NCBI GenBank assembly: GCA_021776635.1
Contig: JAJFFN010000038.1
Location: 87,990 to 151,989, forward strand
Direction of reading: 5' to 3'
Source: Robiginitomaculum sp.
GTDB lineage: Bacteria; Pseudomonadota; Alphaproteobacteria; Caulobacterales; Maricaulaceae
DNA length: 64,000 bases
In this document: positions 8,299 to 18,805 of the stretch, piece after piece
Position numbering within the stretch: the first letter of the stretch is position 1
Layout: each line of letters opens with the position of its first letter
Made by a program: the position numbers and the translations under genes
Notes under the pieces: generated by a model
What the model saw: only the letters and a program-made list of their open reading frames with translations
What the model was told of the DNA's origin: nothing
Database searches by the model: none

Positions 8299-9014
8299 GA
8301 TGTTTTACTGTGGTCTGGAAATCGCGAAAAACTAAATTTACCGCGCACGGCACGCGAAAAAAATATGTCAGAAGGCGGGTTGTCATACGCTAGGTAAGTT
8401 TGCAACTGCGCAATCATCATCTGGGTAGCGCGGTGCGTTTTCAGCGTTTTTATTTGCGCAAATGTAAACCAGCCAGTGTCAATCAATTCGGCACTATTTT
8501 TAAAAGGACGTGAAGCGGTTTCCTGGTTTAATCTAGCCAAAAAGAACCAGGTATCAAATCGTTTGTCGCGGTGCGGAGGTGTTATTGCGCGTCCGAATAA
8601 TTCGATATTAGCAAGTGTAGGTACATAACCTTCCTTGTGAAAAGACTTCCATGATGGGTCGTTACTTGCATTTGGTTTATCATCAAATTTATTACCCAAT
8701 ATCAATGATGTTTCTTCGTAAGTTTCCCGCACTGCGGCCAACACACAGGCCCGTGCGCGCGCGGGTGTCATCGCGGCTTCGAGGATTTCTCGTGTCCGTG
8801 AATTAGCGTGATCAAGGGCGGGGGCGTAGCTATCACATCTGTCTACTCGCCCTCCAGGAAATACATAAACTGACGGCATAAAATCATGTCGTGCAGAGCG
8901 TTTACCCATCAATATTTGACGAACACCGTCCCGCTCGCGCAACAGCACAATGGTTGAAGCCAGTTTGGCCCGTGGGGCAACGCGCCCAGGAATAGGTTTA
9001 GGTATTGGAATCAT
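8295..9014 (-). CDS. NUDIX hydrolase
   Basis: FPGGRVD....AAVRETYEETSL provides the Nudix box. There is a 4-nt overlap with the downstream MFS gene. Confidence 0.75.
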   Translation of the reverse strand: MIPIPKPIPGRVAPRAKLASTIVLLRERDGVRQILMGKRSARHDFMPSVYVFPGGRVDRCDSYAPALDHANSRTREILEAAMTPARARACVLAAVRETYEETSLILGNKFDDKPNASNDPSWKSFHKEGYVPTLANIELFGRAITPPHRDKRFDTWFFLARLNQETASRPFKNSAELIDTGWFTFAQIKTLKTHRATQMMIAQLQTYLAYDNPPSDIFFSRAVRGKFSFSRFPDHSKTS

Positions 9015-9105
9015 CTTGGCGTCATAGGATGTAGACGTATTATTGTATAGCTATGATTCGTAAAACGCTACGTTATCTTGATAAAAATACTTTGTTTTAT
9101 CTCTT

Positions 9106-10920
9106 TTAGGGAATTCTTTTAGGATGTCCCGGTGGGTATAAATATGCGCGTCCGAACGGTAAAGCTAGTTGCGGAACAAAACTACTATAACAAACATTTT
9201 GCACAGGAACGGGAACATTACCATCACATGCGGCAACACAAGCATCTCTATTACTATCATTTTGGTTGCTAGGACAGTGACCATCTGATTTATCTGCATC
9301 AGAAGTCCATTTTGAAAGTGCCGATGTTACCCAGCTATTATTGCCATGCACTCCGTCAACCAGATCGTCAATCTCCTGACGTAATTGTGAATTTTGAGCT
9401 TTTAGACTTTCAATTGCATTACGCTCATGTTGGTACAATCCACCACCTAAAGTACCAGCATAACGTAGGGGAGGGTTTGGTACAAATTTATTACCGGCAT
9501 GACGGATGACCATGTCTGTATTTGTGTTGATATATATATGGATTACACGTTTCTTTGCATCTCGTTCGATTTGACCAATGCGATTATTGTTTTTTCTTAT
9601 TTCCGCTTCTTTGGCTTCATAATCACTGTCTTTTAATTGTTCTGAAGTGCCGTAAATGGAGCGAATATGTTTTTGCGCCAAATCTGCTAAAGCTAACTCA
9701 TGCACACCCTGTTGCCAGTTTGCTACACAGCGGTCCTGACACACGCTGATTATTGTTGGCCCTTTTTTACAAACAGCATTGAATGCAGCTAACTCCCTTG
9801 CGCAGTCTGTTCTAAATTCTTTGTTCAAAACATTGCAAACTTTTCTCGGGCTTTGACCACATGGATTTGATTGATAGATAGCGAGTGGGCTGTTTTTAGG
9901 GATTTCAGGAAAATTTGGTATTTCGGGCATTTCCGGGACATCTACATATACATCTTCCATTCCGAAACCCGAGAAGTCAGGTGTCATAAATGAACCATCA
10001 GGGTTCATTTGTGGATCTGCACCTATGCCAGGTCCGACCACTGTGCCGTCATAATCTACCTCGCTTGCATCAGGCAATTCTGCATCACCAGTTATCTTAT
10101 CCATTTCCTCTTTCAATTTAGCAAATTGCCTGTCTTGCTCTGCTAGGTCAGCTTCGACCTCGTCCATAGCTTTTTGCGCAGCTAGGGCTTCTGCCAATGC
10201 CGCATCCGCTTCTTTTAATGTTGGCCCGATGATTGGCTCGTCGCAATCTTCAAATTGTGGATAATCAGCCGTTTTAAGAATGTTTTCCATTCTTTTAAGC
10301 ATGTCGCCATATGCTTGGCTGTAAGCTTGTCCAAGAATATAATAGCGAGAACTGTTCGCATTTTTATTCATGATTTCAATGATACTCGGCGTTATTTCAA
10401 CATTTCCAAGCGTATCGTGTACGGCAGCCCAAAATAAACTCCAGCGACGTTTACCTTGTTCTATTGGGCTGTTTTGCTCATACTCTCCGCTTGCTTGCGT
10501 GAGTGCGTCAATACTCTCCATTTTTCTTTGTAGATAGAGACTAGCCTTAACATAAGCCACGATTAAACGTTCGATTGAAGCATCATATTGAGCACGATCA
10601 CAGGATGTAGCTGCGACCTGAGCCTCATCAATGCGCTTATTAACCGTTCCGACATAACCGTCAGCAACTGAGAACATACGGGCTATTAATGGTTTCAAAT
10701 CTTCATTTGATGTATATTTTTCAACCAATATATCAATTGGCTCCGATGAAGGATTGCCAAAAGCATCTAAATTATCGTTATCGTAAAGCATATCTTCTGC
10801 TGCGGTAGTTGGGTTAAGTCGAGGGAAAGGTTTGGTGGCGTTTCTCGAAGTTTCATCGGCAAAACTTGATGAAGCAAGTCCTATAAAAAATACAAACAAA
10901 GAAAAATATACAGTACGCAT
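9106..10920 (-). CDS. Hypothetical secreted protein, Cys-rich C-terminal half with a central acidic coiled-coil
   Basis: Signal peptide MRTVYFSLFVFFIGLASSSFA. The ATG at 10920 is preceded by GGAGGG. No recognisable domain. Confidence 0.6.
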   Translation of the reverse strand: MRTVYFSLFVFFIGLASSSFADETSRNATKPFPRLNPTTAAEDMLYDNDNLDAFGNPSSEPIDILVEKYTSNEDLKPLIARMFSVADGYVGTVNKRIDEAQVAATSCDRAQYDASIERLIVAYVKASLYLQRKMESIDALTQASGEYEQNSPIEQGKRRWSLFWAAVHDTLGNVEITPSIIEIMNKNANSSRYYILGQAYSQAYGDMLKRMENILKTADYPQFEDCDEPIIGPTLKEADAALAEALAAQKAMDEVEADLAEQDRQFAKLKEEMDKITGDAELPDASEVDYDGTVVGPGIGADPQMNPDGSFMTPDFSGFGMEDVYVDVPEMPEIPNFPEIPKNSPLAIYQSNPCGQSPRKVCNVLNKEFRTDCARELAAFNAVCKKGPTIISVCQDRCVANWQQGVHELALADLAQKHIRSIYGTSEQLKDSDYEAKEAEIRKNNNRIGQIERDAKKRVIHIYINTNTDMVIRHAGNKFVPNPPLRYAGTLGGGLYQHERNAIESLKAQNSQLRQEIDDLVDGVHGNNSWVTSALSKWTSDADKSDGHCPSNQNDSNRDACVAACDGNVPVPVQNVCYSSFVPQLALPFGRAYLYPPGHPKRIP

Positions 10921-11044
10921 AAGCCTTCTGCCCTCCATTGAAATAGACTTTTGTCAGTAATTTATAGCACTCCATCGCCATTTTGCCAAGAACCTTAAAC
11001 TATGTGTTTGATAGCTGGTGAATAGGAACCATTTGTGGAGTGCT

Positions 11045-11431
11045 CTAGTTTTGCTTAGAGCTAATTCCTGCCAAAACCAGCAACCCTGCTAGAATACCCA
11101 AATTCTTGATAAAGTTTTGCAGTTCGTGAGCGGCTTCTATGCCTGTGAAATTCCAGAAATCGTGCATGAGGGCATTTATCACCATGATATAAAGCACAAA
11201 GCCGAGTGAGACCAAACGCACATAACGGTTAAGCAGGAGCAAAAACGCGCCAATGATTTGTGCCGCGCCTACAATATATAAGAGCGGCAAAGCATAAGGG
11301 ATATTATGGTGCTGCATCATTTCGACCTGACTGCTGGGCACCAATAATTTAGCGATGCCAGGAAGCAGGAAATACAAGGCAAGCAGGATGCGTCCTGTGG
11401 TCACGTAAATTTTTGATGTTTTGCCTGTCAT
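11045..11431 (-). CDS. DoxX family membrane protein
   Basis: 128 aa with 4 TM helices. The N-terminal GRILLALYFLLPGIAKL pattern is typical of DoxX. Confidence 0.55.
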   Translation of the reverse strand: MTGKTSKIYVTTGRILLALYFLLPGIAKLLVPSSQVEMMQHHNIPYALPLLYIVGAAQIIGAFLLLLNRYVRLVSLGFVLYIMVINALMHDFWNFTGIEAAHELQNFIKNLGILAGLLVLAGISSKQN

Positions 11432-11436
11432 GGTAA

Positions 11437-13743
11437 TTATCTCCGCCGTCTTTTGTGTTTGCTGCCCTTGCTGCCTTTGTTGCCCCTGTTGCCTTTGAAG
11501 CCACCGCTGCTACGGCCTCTGCGTTTTGCTAGATGTTTGGCCAAATGCTTAGGAAGTGTGCCTTTTTCCGGCTTGGAAAGAATTTCAAAAAGTAGTCCGC
11601 CTTGCAGGGGTTTGGCTTCGGAGAGCTTAACTTCTACGCGCCTCCCAAAATGATATGTAGCGCCCGTGTCCGCACCGATTAGAGATTTGGATTTTTCGTC
11701 GAATATAAACTTCTCAAATCCAATTGTGCGGGCAGGGACGAAGCCGTCTGCACCTGTCTCGTCCAGACCTATGAACAGACCCGCAGTCGTGACGCCCGTA
11801 ATGCGGCCTTTGAAAGTTGCGCCGATTTTATCGGCTAGAAATGCAGCAATATAGCGGTCTTTTGCATCGCGTTCTGCCGCCATAGCACTGCGCTCCGTGC
11901 TTGAGATATGCTCGGATATTTCTTTGAGACGCGTTAGTTCTTCGGCGCTCGTTCCGCCGTCCCCAAGCCCGAACGCTTTGACCAATGCCCTATGTACCAC
12001 CAAATCTGCATAGCGGCGAATAGGCGAAGTGAAGTGAGCGTAATGTGTCAGGCTTAGACCAAAATGACCTTTGTTTTGAGGCGTGTAGAAAGCTTTCATC
12101 TGTGTGCGTAAAACCGACATAGATACGGTTTCCTCGCAGTCACGACCGCGTGCTTGTTCAATCAATTTGTTGAAACGTTTTGGGGTCGCGCGTTGGCCCA
12201 TTGACCATTTAAGATCAAGGGCAGGCAGAAAATCTGCTAAGCCTTGCACCTTCTCCATTTCCGGCGGTTCGTGGACGCGGTATATCACTGGCGTATCTGC
12301 CCGCTCCAAAGCTTGAGCGGCGCAAACATTGGCCTGTATCATAAATTCTTCGACCAATTTGTGTGCATCAAAACGAGCTTTGACCTCTATGCCTGTGACC
12401 CGTCCTTTTTTATCAAGCACGACCTTGCGCTCCGGCATTTCAATTTCCAGAGGCCCTCGGCGATTTCGAGCAGCGCGTACGGCTTTGTAGGCCGTATAAA
12501 TATCGGTAAGAATGTCTGATACAGGTGTGGCTACTTCGCCTGGATTGCCGTCAAAAGCTTCTTGTGCTTGCGCGTATGTGAGCCGTGCATGCGAGCGCAT
12601 AAGTCCGCGCATAAATGTATGGCTGATTTTATCGCCGTTCCTGTCAAAACGCATCTTTACGACCAAACAGGCTCGGTCTTCATGGGGGCGCAAGGAGCAT
12701 AAATCTGCAGATATTTCTTCGGGCAACATAGGCTCAACTCGATCAGGAAGGTAAACCGAGTTGCCGCGTTTAAATGCGCCTTTATCCAGTGGAGAGCCAG
12801 GTGCGACGAATGCGCTCACATCGGCAATAGCCACCCAAACTATATGTCCACCCCGGTTCTTGGCACTATCGTCGGGCAGTGCGTAAATAGCGTCGTCAAA
12901 ATCTTTGGCGTCAACGGGGTCGATGGTCAGAAGCGGTAAATCCCGCAAATCTTTGCGGTGTTTTCCTACTTGGGGCAAGGTCAGTGCTTTGGCATCTGAC
13001 AATTCTTTGTCACTAAATCCGGTTGGGATATTGTGCTCAAGTAGCGAGATTAAGGACGCCGCCTTACCGTGTTTGGCATTACCAATTATTTTGATAATGC
13101 GGGCTATGCGTTCGCCTTTATGGCGGCTACCGGATAGTTCAAACTCGACGATATCTAAATCGTTAATTTTGGCACCCTTTTCAGGGATATAGTCAAAGCG
13201 GGAACCTTTTTTGGCAGGGCGAATACGCAGACCGCGGCTACCCCCACGTCCGGCTTTAACAACAAAGCCAACTTCGGCCCTTGGCCCATCGCCGAGTTTC
13301 TTGATGACGGTAGCATAGATACCACTTTCCGTAGTTTTCAAACGGCACAGAGCGCTGTCACCAACGCTAACTTGGTTAGCATTGCGGTGACCTCTGTTCT
13401 TTCGTCCCGATTTTTGTCGGATGATGACTTGCGGTTTGTCTTGGTCTTTGTCCCATTTAGCGGGCACAGCGATGACATCGCCTTGGTCGTCAATATGGTC
13501 AATATCGAGAACCATGACGTTAGGAAGGGCATCGGACATACGGTATGCTTTGTTGTCGCCCCTGACGAATGTACCGTCCTTCATCAATTCACCGATGGCA
13601 AGGCGCAGATCGCGACGTGCGTCTCCAGTAATACCAAGTGCACGGGCAATTTCCCGCTTGGTCAGTCCTGTTTTTTGGCTGTCTTTACTTGGGTTAGCGC
13701 CGCTCCTGACCGTTTCGATTAAGGTTTCGCGGGTAATTTTCAT
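11437..13743 (-). CDS. rnr: Ribonuclease R
   Basis: RNB motif IDPVDAKDFDDAIYA, a C-terminal S1 domain and a basic tail. Confidence 0.9.
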   Translation of the reverse strand: MKITRETLIETVRSGANPSKDSQKTGLTKREIARALGITGDARRDLRLAIGELMKDGTFVRGDNKAYRMSDALPNVMVLDIDHIDDQGDVIAVPAKWDKDQDKPQVIIRQKSGRKNRGHRNANQVSVGDSALCRLKTTESGIYATVIKKLGDGPRAEVGFVVKAGRGGSRGLRIRPAKKGSRFDYIPEKGAKINDLDIVEFELSGSRHKGERIARIIKIIGNAKHGKAASLISLLEHNIPTGFSDKELSDAKALTLPQVGKHRKDLRDLPLLTIDPVDAKDFDDAIYALPDDSAKNRGGHIVWVAIADVSAFVAPGSPLDKGAFKRGNSVYLPDRVEPMLPEEISADLCSLRPHEDRACLVVKMRFDRNGDKISHTFMRGLMRSHARLTYAQAQEAFDGNPGEVATPVSDILTDIYTAYKAVRAARNRRGPLEIEMPERKVVLDKKGRVTGIEVKARFDAHKLVEEFMIQANVCAAQALERADTPVIYRVHEPPEMEKVQGLADFLPALDLKWSMGQRATPKRFNKLIEQARGRDCEETVSMSVLRTQMKAFYTPQNKGHFGLSLTHYAHFTSPIRRYADLVVHRALVKAFGLGDGGTSAEELTRLKEISEHISSTERSAMAAERDAKDRYIAAFLADKIGATFKGRITGVTTAGLFIGLDETGADGFVPARTIGFEKFIFDEKSKSLIGADTGATYHFGRRVEVKLSEAKPLQGGLLFEILSKPEKGTLPKHLAKHLAKRRGRSSGGFKGNRGNKGSKGSKHKRRRR

Positions 13744-13767
13744 AATTTATTTTCTTTGTATAAAAGC

Positions 13768-16335
13768 TTAATCTTTTTTGGGAGCCGCTTTCTTCTTAGT
13801 GGGCGTTTTCTTTTTCGCTGCTGATTTTTTCTTTGAAGGGGCTTTGCGTTTTTTGGCAGGCCCTTTGGCTATTTTGGCGGCAATATATTCGACGGCCATG
13901 TCCATAGTCACATCATTTGGATCAATATCCTTGGGTATGGTCGCATTGATTTTCTCGCTTTTAACATAAGGGCCATAGCGTCCGCTCATGACGCGCACTG
14001 GTTTTTTGGTTTCTGGGTGATCGCCAAGTTCTTTAAGCGTCCCAGCCCCACCAGCGCCGCGTTTGGCTTTCTTCTCCGCCAAGAGTGTCACAGCGCGGTT
14101 TATGCCTACTTCGAACATTTCGTCTGCGCTTTGTAAATTGGCATAAACGCCTGCATGTAATATATATGGGCCAAAACGACCAATCGCACCGGTGATTTTC
14201 TTGCCGTCTTGCGGGTGGTCACCAATATGCCTGGGCAGGGAGAGGAGTTTGAGAGCCTTAAATAAATCAATGCTATCAAATGGCCAGTCTTTTGGCAGAC
14301 TGGTACGTTTAGGTTTCTTCTCTTCGCCCAGTTGAACATAGGGCCCATAACGCCCGGTTTTTAGCCAAACGTCTAGGCCAGTGTCTGGGTCAGTGCCTAG
14401 AACGGTGTCTTCGGAAGGGGTATCGTCGCCGCCCTTACCAAATGAGCGTGTGTGTTTGCAATCGGGATAGTTGGTACAGCCGATGAAAGAGCCAAATCGG
14501 CTAACTTTCAGGCTTAATTGACCATTTTCACAATTTGGGCATTTGCGTGGGTCAGATCCGTCTTCTTTTTCGGGAAAAACCATTGGGCCAAGGGCGATAT
14601 TTAGGGCGTCAAGGACTTGTGAAATACGGAGTTCCTTGGTGCCGTCTACGTGGGCGGAAAATCCGTCCCAAAAATTGGCCAGCAGTTTCTTCCATTCCAA
14701 TTTGCCGTCCGAAACCAAATCAAGGCGTTCTTCTAGGTCTGCTGTATATTCATATTGAACATATTTTGTAAAAAATTCTTCCAAGAATGCGATGACCAAG
14801 CGGCCTTTATCAGCCGGTATGAAACGGCGTTTATCCAAGGTTACATAACCTCTGTCTTGTAAGACCTTTAAGATTGAAGCGTAAGTTGAAGGGCGGCCAA
14901 TGCCGAGTTCTTCCATTTTCTTGACCAGTGAGGCTTCGCTGTAACGAGGTGGTGGTTGTGTAAAATGCTGTTCAGCGTCAATTTTTTCTGCAACGACCAT
15001 ATCATTAGCCGCTACTTCAGGGAGACGAACAGTTTCGGCCTCTGATTTTTTTGCGCGTTCTTGATAAAGAACCAGATATCCATCAAAACGAACGACTGTG
15101 CCGCTTGCGCGCAAACCAACCGTTTTGGCCTTGTCACCTATTTCAATTGTTGTGCGTTCCAATTGTGCCGTTGCCATTTGGCTAGCCATGGCGCGGTTCC
15201 AAATCAGTTGGTAGAGTTTTGCCTGATCACCAGAAAGCTTTAAGTCGTCAGGGGTGCGTGTGAAGCTGGTCGGTCTTATAGCTTCATGGGCTTCTTGAGC
15301 GTTCTTGGCTTTTGATTTGTATATACGGACGTTTTCAGGGAGGTATTTTTCGCCGAATTTATTGCCAATTGCAGAACGCGCTTCGGAAATGGCCTCGCCA
15401 ACCATTGAGACACCATCCGTACGCATATAAGTAATTAGTCCGACGGTTTCGCCGCCAATATTAATGCCTTCATATAATTTCTGTGCCGTTTGCATGGTGC
15501 GCGTTGCTGAAAATCCAAGACGACCAGAAGCATCTTGTTGCAAGGTAGAAGTGGTATACGGAGGAAGAGGGTTGCGTTTAACTGGTTTTGCCGTCACCGA
15601 TTTAATAGAGAGCGAGGCTGCTTTTACGGCATCACGGGCTGCGAGACCTGCCTTTTCATCCGCCAATGAAAACCTTGTTAGTTTCTCATCATTGAGGGCA
15701 ACGAGTTTGGCGGGAAAATTTTTGCCCTTTGTACTGGCGATGTCTGCATCAACAGTCCAGTATTCCTGGTTTTGAAACTGCTCAATTTCAGTTTCGCGTT
15801 CTGTAATCAAGCGTAAGCATACAGATTGAACGCGCCCTGCAGACCGAGAACCAGGCAATTTACGCCATAATACTGGGGACAGTGTAAAACCTACCAAATA
15901 ATCCAGAGCCCGACGCGCCAAATAGGCATTGACCAGCTCCATGTCTAATTCGCGCGGTGATTTAATAGCATCAGTTACGGATTTTTTAGTAATCGCGTTA
16001 AATACAACGCGCTCGACTTGTTTGTCCTTGAGGGCTTTGCGCTTGGCAAGCACTTCAAGTAAATGCCACGAAATGGCTTCACCTTCGCGGTCTGGGTCAG
16101 TTGCGAGTATAAGCTTGTCTGATGACTTTAGAGCCTTGACTATATCTGTGATCCGTTTTTTTGCACGGGTATCGACGGCCCAATCCATTGCAAAGTCTTC
16201 CTCAGGGCGCACAGAGCCATTTTTGGAGGGAAGGTCACGAATATGCCCAAAGCTCGCTAAGACTTTATAATCTTTGCCTAGGTATTTTTCTATTGTTTTG
16301 GCTTTCGCCGGCGATTCCACAATCACTAAGTTCAT
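13768..16335 (-). CDS. topA: DNA topoisomerase I
   Basis: MNLVIVESPAKAKTIEKYLG is the Toprim N-terminus. Zn-finger CPNC..C..C motifs and a Lys-rich C-terminal tail are present. The start was trimmed to the ATG at 16335. Confidence 0.92.
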   Translation of the reverse strand: MNLVIVESPAKAKTIEKYLGKDYKVLASFGHIRDLPSKNGSVRPEEDFAMDWAVDTRAKKRITDIVKALKSSDKLILATDPDREGEAISWHLLEVLAKRKALKDKQVERVVFNAITKKSVTDAIKSPRELDMELVNAYLARRALDYLVGFTLSPVLWRKLPGSRSAGRVQSVCLRLITERETEIEQFQNQEYWTVDADIASTKGKNFPAKLVALNDEKLTRFSLADEKAGLAARDAVKAASLSIKSVTAKPVKRNPLPPYTTSTLQQDASGRLGFSATRTMQTAQKLYEGINIGGETVGLITYMRTDGVSMVGEAISEARSAIGNKFGEKYLPENVRIYKSKAKNAQEAHEAIRPTSFTRTPDDLKLSGDQAKLYQLIWNRAMASQMATAQLERTTIEIGDKAKTVGLRASGTVVRFDGYLVLYQERAKKSEAETVRLPEVAANDMVVAEKIDAEQHFTQPPPRYSEASLVKKMEELGIGRPSTYASILKVLQDRGYVTLDKRRFIPADKGRLVIAFLEEFFTKYVQYEYTADLEERLDLVSDGKLEWKKLLANFWDGFSAHVDGTKELRISQVLDALNIALGPMVFPEKEDGSDPRKCPNCENGQLSLKVSRFGSFIGCTNYPDCKHTRSFGKGGDDTPSEDTVLGTDPDTGLDVWLKTGRYGPYVQLGEEKKPKRTSLPKDWPFDSIDLFKALKLLSLPRHIGDHPQDGKKITGAIGRFGPYILHAGVYANLQSADEMFEVGINRAVTLLAEKKAKRGAGGAGTLKELGDHPETKKPVRVMSGRYGPYVKSEKINATIPKDIDPNDVTMDMAVEYIAAKIAKGPAKKRKAPSKKKSAAKKKTPTKKKAAPKKD

Positions 16336-16497
16336 AAAACACCACATTATCGGAGAAAATTTTGGCGATATCTGGGGGAAGCATCTCAAATTGTCAACAG
16401 TTCGTATGAAAAAACACAAAACTATACGCGAGTAAAATAAGCGCTTTACAACCTATAAGGTAAAATGTATTAATATGTATTAAAACGGGAGCGTGTT

Positions 16498-16692
16498 ATG
16501 AGCAAAGAATTAAATACATCTATTGAAGTTGAGAAAGGTGAGCTTGAGCAATTTCATATGCCATCTCAGGCAGTACGTAACTATATAACGGATATGTTGG
16601 CTGAACTCTGTTTGGTCGCAAAACAAGACGGACAAGAAGACCTACATGTTCTTTTGAAGCTGACATACCAAGCAGTACGAAATGCGGCTTAA
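16498..16692 (+). CDS. Hypothetical small acidic protein
   Basis: A GGGAG RBS lies 7 nt upstream of the ATG. The gene fills the gap between topA and ruvX. No motif recognised. Confidence 0.45.
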   Translation: MSKELNTSIEVEKGELEQFHMPSQAVRNYITDMLAELCLVAKQDGQEDLHVLLKLTYQAVRNAA

Positions 16693-16694
16693 AG

Positions 16695-17147
16695 TTATAA
16701 CCTTAGGCGGTCCAAAACACCTTGTAAAATATAGCTAGCCGCCAGTTTATCAACCGCTCCGGATCTTTTTGCGCGTGATGTGTCCGCTTCTAATAATGTT
16801 CGTGTTACGGCCGCAGTGGATAGCCTCTCATCCCAGAGCAAAATGGGAATATCTCTTAATTGCAAGAGATTATGACAAAAATCCTTAACCGACTGGCTAC
16901 GCGGGCCCTCAGAGCCGTCCATGTTGACCGGATTACCGACGATAATTGCTTCGCATTTCCTATCATCATAAAGTTCAAAAATTTTAGCAGCGTCTGGCGT
17001 GAATTTCTTACGCCGTATTGTTTGTATTGGTGTAGCGATTAATCGCGTAGTATCGCTAACTGCTAGCCCAAACGTTTTGGTGCCAGGATCAATCCCGAGC
17101 AGAGGGCCTTTGGTGTCGGCTAGATTTTCAATAGTGATTATACTCAT
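16695..17147 (-). CDS. ruvX: Holliday junction resolvase-like protein RuvX (YqgF)
   Basis: LGIDPGTKTFGLAVSD N-terminus and the size are typical of YqgF. Confidence 0.85.
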   Translation of the reverse strand: MSIITIENLADTKGPLLGIDPGTKTFGLAVSDTTRLIATPIQTIRRKKFTPDAAKIFELYDDRKCEAIIVGNPVNMDGSEGPRSQSVKDFCHNLLQLRDIPILLWDERLSTAAVTRTLLEADTSRAKRSGAVDKLAASYILQGVLDRLRL

Positions 17148-17177
17148 GCGTTTCTATAACTTTCAGAGATGAAAATA

Positions 17178-17219
17178 CTAGGGTCATAATTAATGTATTG
17201 AATATATCCTGAACCTAGG
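17178..17219. repeat. Solo or minimal copy of the MITE terminal repeat
   Basis: AATTAATGTATTGAATA (17188-17204) is identical to 22078-22094. It is flanked by CTAGGGTCA / TGAACCTAG arms and overlaps the proC stop codon. Confidence 0.6.
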
Positions 17220-18069
17220 TTTTGCCCAGCTCTTGCGATTTTTTATAGGCTGCTTTAACGGCGTCCCCCATTAATTTTGGCAATCCGTCTTTGGCCATCA
17301 ATACATCAAGTGCAGCCTCGGTTGTGCCGCCAGCTGACGTGACGGATTTTCGTAAATTTGATGCAGAATCATGAGAACGCGCCAATACCGTTCCTGATCC
17401 TATCACTGTATGGCGCGCCAATTCGTTTGCAAGTTCGGGGCTAAGGCCAAGGTTTTCCCCAGCAGCAGCCAAAATTTCGGTCAGATAAAACACATAACCC
17501 GGGCCAGAACCAGAAACGGCTGTCACCATATCAATTTCGCGTTCATTGCTAACCATCACGACTTTTCCACTTGCGCGCAAACGCGGTTCCGCAATATCAC
17601 GATGTTGCTGCGTCACCCCATTGCCACAAACATAGCCTGTAATACCAGCCTTGTAAGCTGCAGGAAGATTTGGCATGGCCCGAATTATTGGTCGTTCACC
17701 AAATATTTCGGTTAATCTATATAGATCAATACCCGCCATAATTGAAACGACAAGGGTATCTTTTGGCAAAGCACCTGCCAAGGCAGGGCCGACTTGTGCA
17801 AACATTTGCGGCTTAATTGCCAACAAACACATTTTAAGTCCAGATGCCGCTCCTTTAGTTAGGGTCGCAGAGAATTTCACGCCAAGTTTCAGTGCACGTT
17901 CTGCTGCCTGTCCAGGTGCAGGATCTATAACCAAAATTTCCTGTGCTTTCAAAGCCTTGGCGCCTCGGTCCGACAACCACCCGCTCAAGAGTGCACCACC
18001 CATATTTCCAGCGCCTATGAGAGCATGGGTATTACTCGAAAGTCTTCCGTGTTTTACGACACTATTCAC
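17215..18069 (-). CDS. proC: Pyrroline-5-carboxylate reductase
   Basis: IGAGNMGGAL NAD(P)-binding motif and the C-terminal signature VTSAGGTTEAAL. Confidence 0.88.
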   Translation of the reverse strand: MNSVVKHGRLSSNTHALIGAGNMGGALLSGWLSDRGAKALKAQEILVIDPAPGQAAERALKLGVKFSATLTKGAASGLKMCLLAIKPQMFAQVGPALAGALPKDTLVVSIMAGIDLYRLTEIFGERPIIRAMPNLPAAYKAGITGYVCGNGVTQQHRDIAEPRLRASGKVVMVSNEREIDMVTAVSGSGPGYVFYLTEILAAAGENLGLSPELANELARHTVIGSGTVLARSHDSASNLRKSVTSAGGTTEAALDVLMAKDGLPKLMGDAVKAAYKKSQELGKT

Positions 18070-18077
18070 TACGCCCC

Positions 18078-18626
18078 CTAACCATGAGCCGCCAAATCCA
18101 GTAAAGCTGTATCCAGAGCATCTTCAGGTGATTTACCCGCCCAAACCACATATTGGCATGCTGGGTAGCCGCGCTCTGCGGCTTCTAAGGCTCCAGCTAA
18201 GAGTGCCATTGCTTGTTCTATTGTCAATTTTGCTCCCCCTGCCAAATTTAACGTATTGCGATATACCAGTGAATTATTTGTGGTCCAAAAGTCAAAATGC
18301 CCCGTACTTAACCTCTCATTTATTAATGTTAAAAGTCTGCAAATGTCATTACTACGCCCGCCTGGTGCACGGCTATCCAATAATAAATACAGCTCAATCT
18401 GTTCGGCTTTATTATTCCAAACCAAAGAAACATCGTGCGCACACCATAAACCAGACAATGAAATATGAATTTCACTGGCGCTGATCCGTTCAAAATCTAA
18501 ATGATCCGCAACAGATAATCTTTCAAGTACATCTATGGGATTGCCACGCACTGTACGAGCAGCCGCAAGTTTTGCACTTGGCAGTGAAGCATTTTTAGCA
18601 ATGATATCTTCAACAACTCGCATCAA
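18078..18626 (-). CDS. YbjN-domain protein (putative chaperone-like)
   Basis: The size and sequence pattern resemble YbjN-family proteins, which are commonly found next to proC in alphaproteobacteria. The call was made from memory of the family, not from a search. Confidence 0.5.
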   Translation of the reverse strand: MMRVVEDIIAKNASLPSAKLAAARTVRGNPIDVLERLSVADHLDFERISASEIHISLSGLWCAHDVSLVWNNKAEQIELYLLLDSRAPGGRSNDICRLLTLINERLSTGHFDFWTTNNSLVYRNTLNLAGGAKLTIEQAMALLAGALEAAERGYPACQYVVWAGKSPEDALDTALLDLAAHG

Positions 18627-18805
18627 ACATCCTTAAACACATTCGATTCTTTAAGGTCACGTTAATACATCGCGCAAATTTGGCAATATATAGTAGTTAA
18701 TTTGCTGTTGATAACTATATATAGATAAAGGGCTTTTATTTATGACAAAACTGTCATCTCAAGGGACTTGACGAATGCTTATTAAAACACGAGATATAAG
18801 GTATT

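Noticed and set aside
16336-16419. 28-codon extension of topA
   Set aside because: The conserved Toprim N-terminus MNLVIVESPAKAKTI begins at the ATG at 16335.
17675-18484. 269-aa plus-strand ORF
   Set aside because: It is entirely antisense to proC and the YbjN-like gene, both of which have clear family motifs. Its composition is typical of a shadow ORF.
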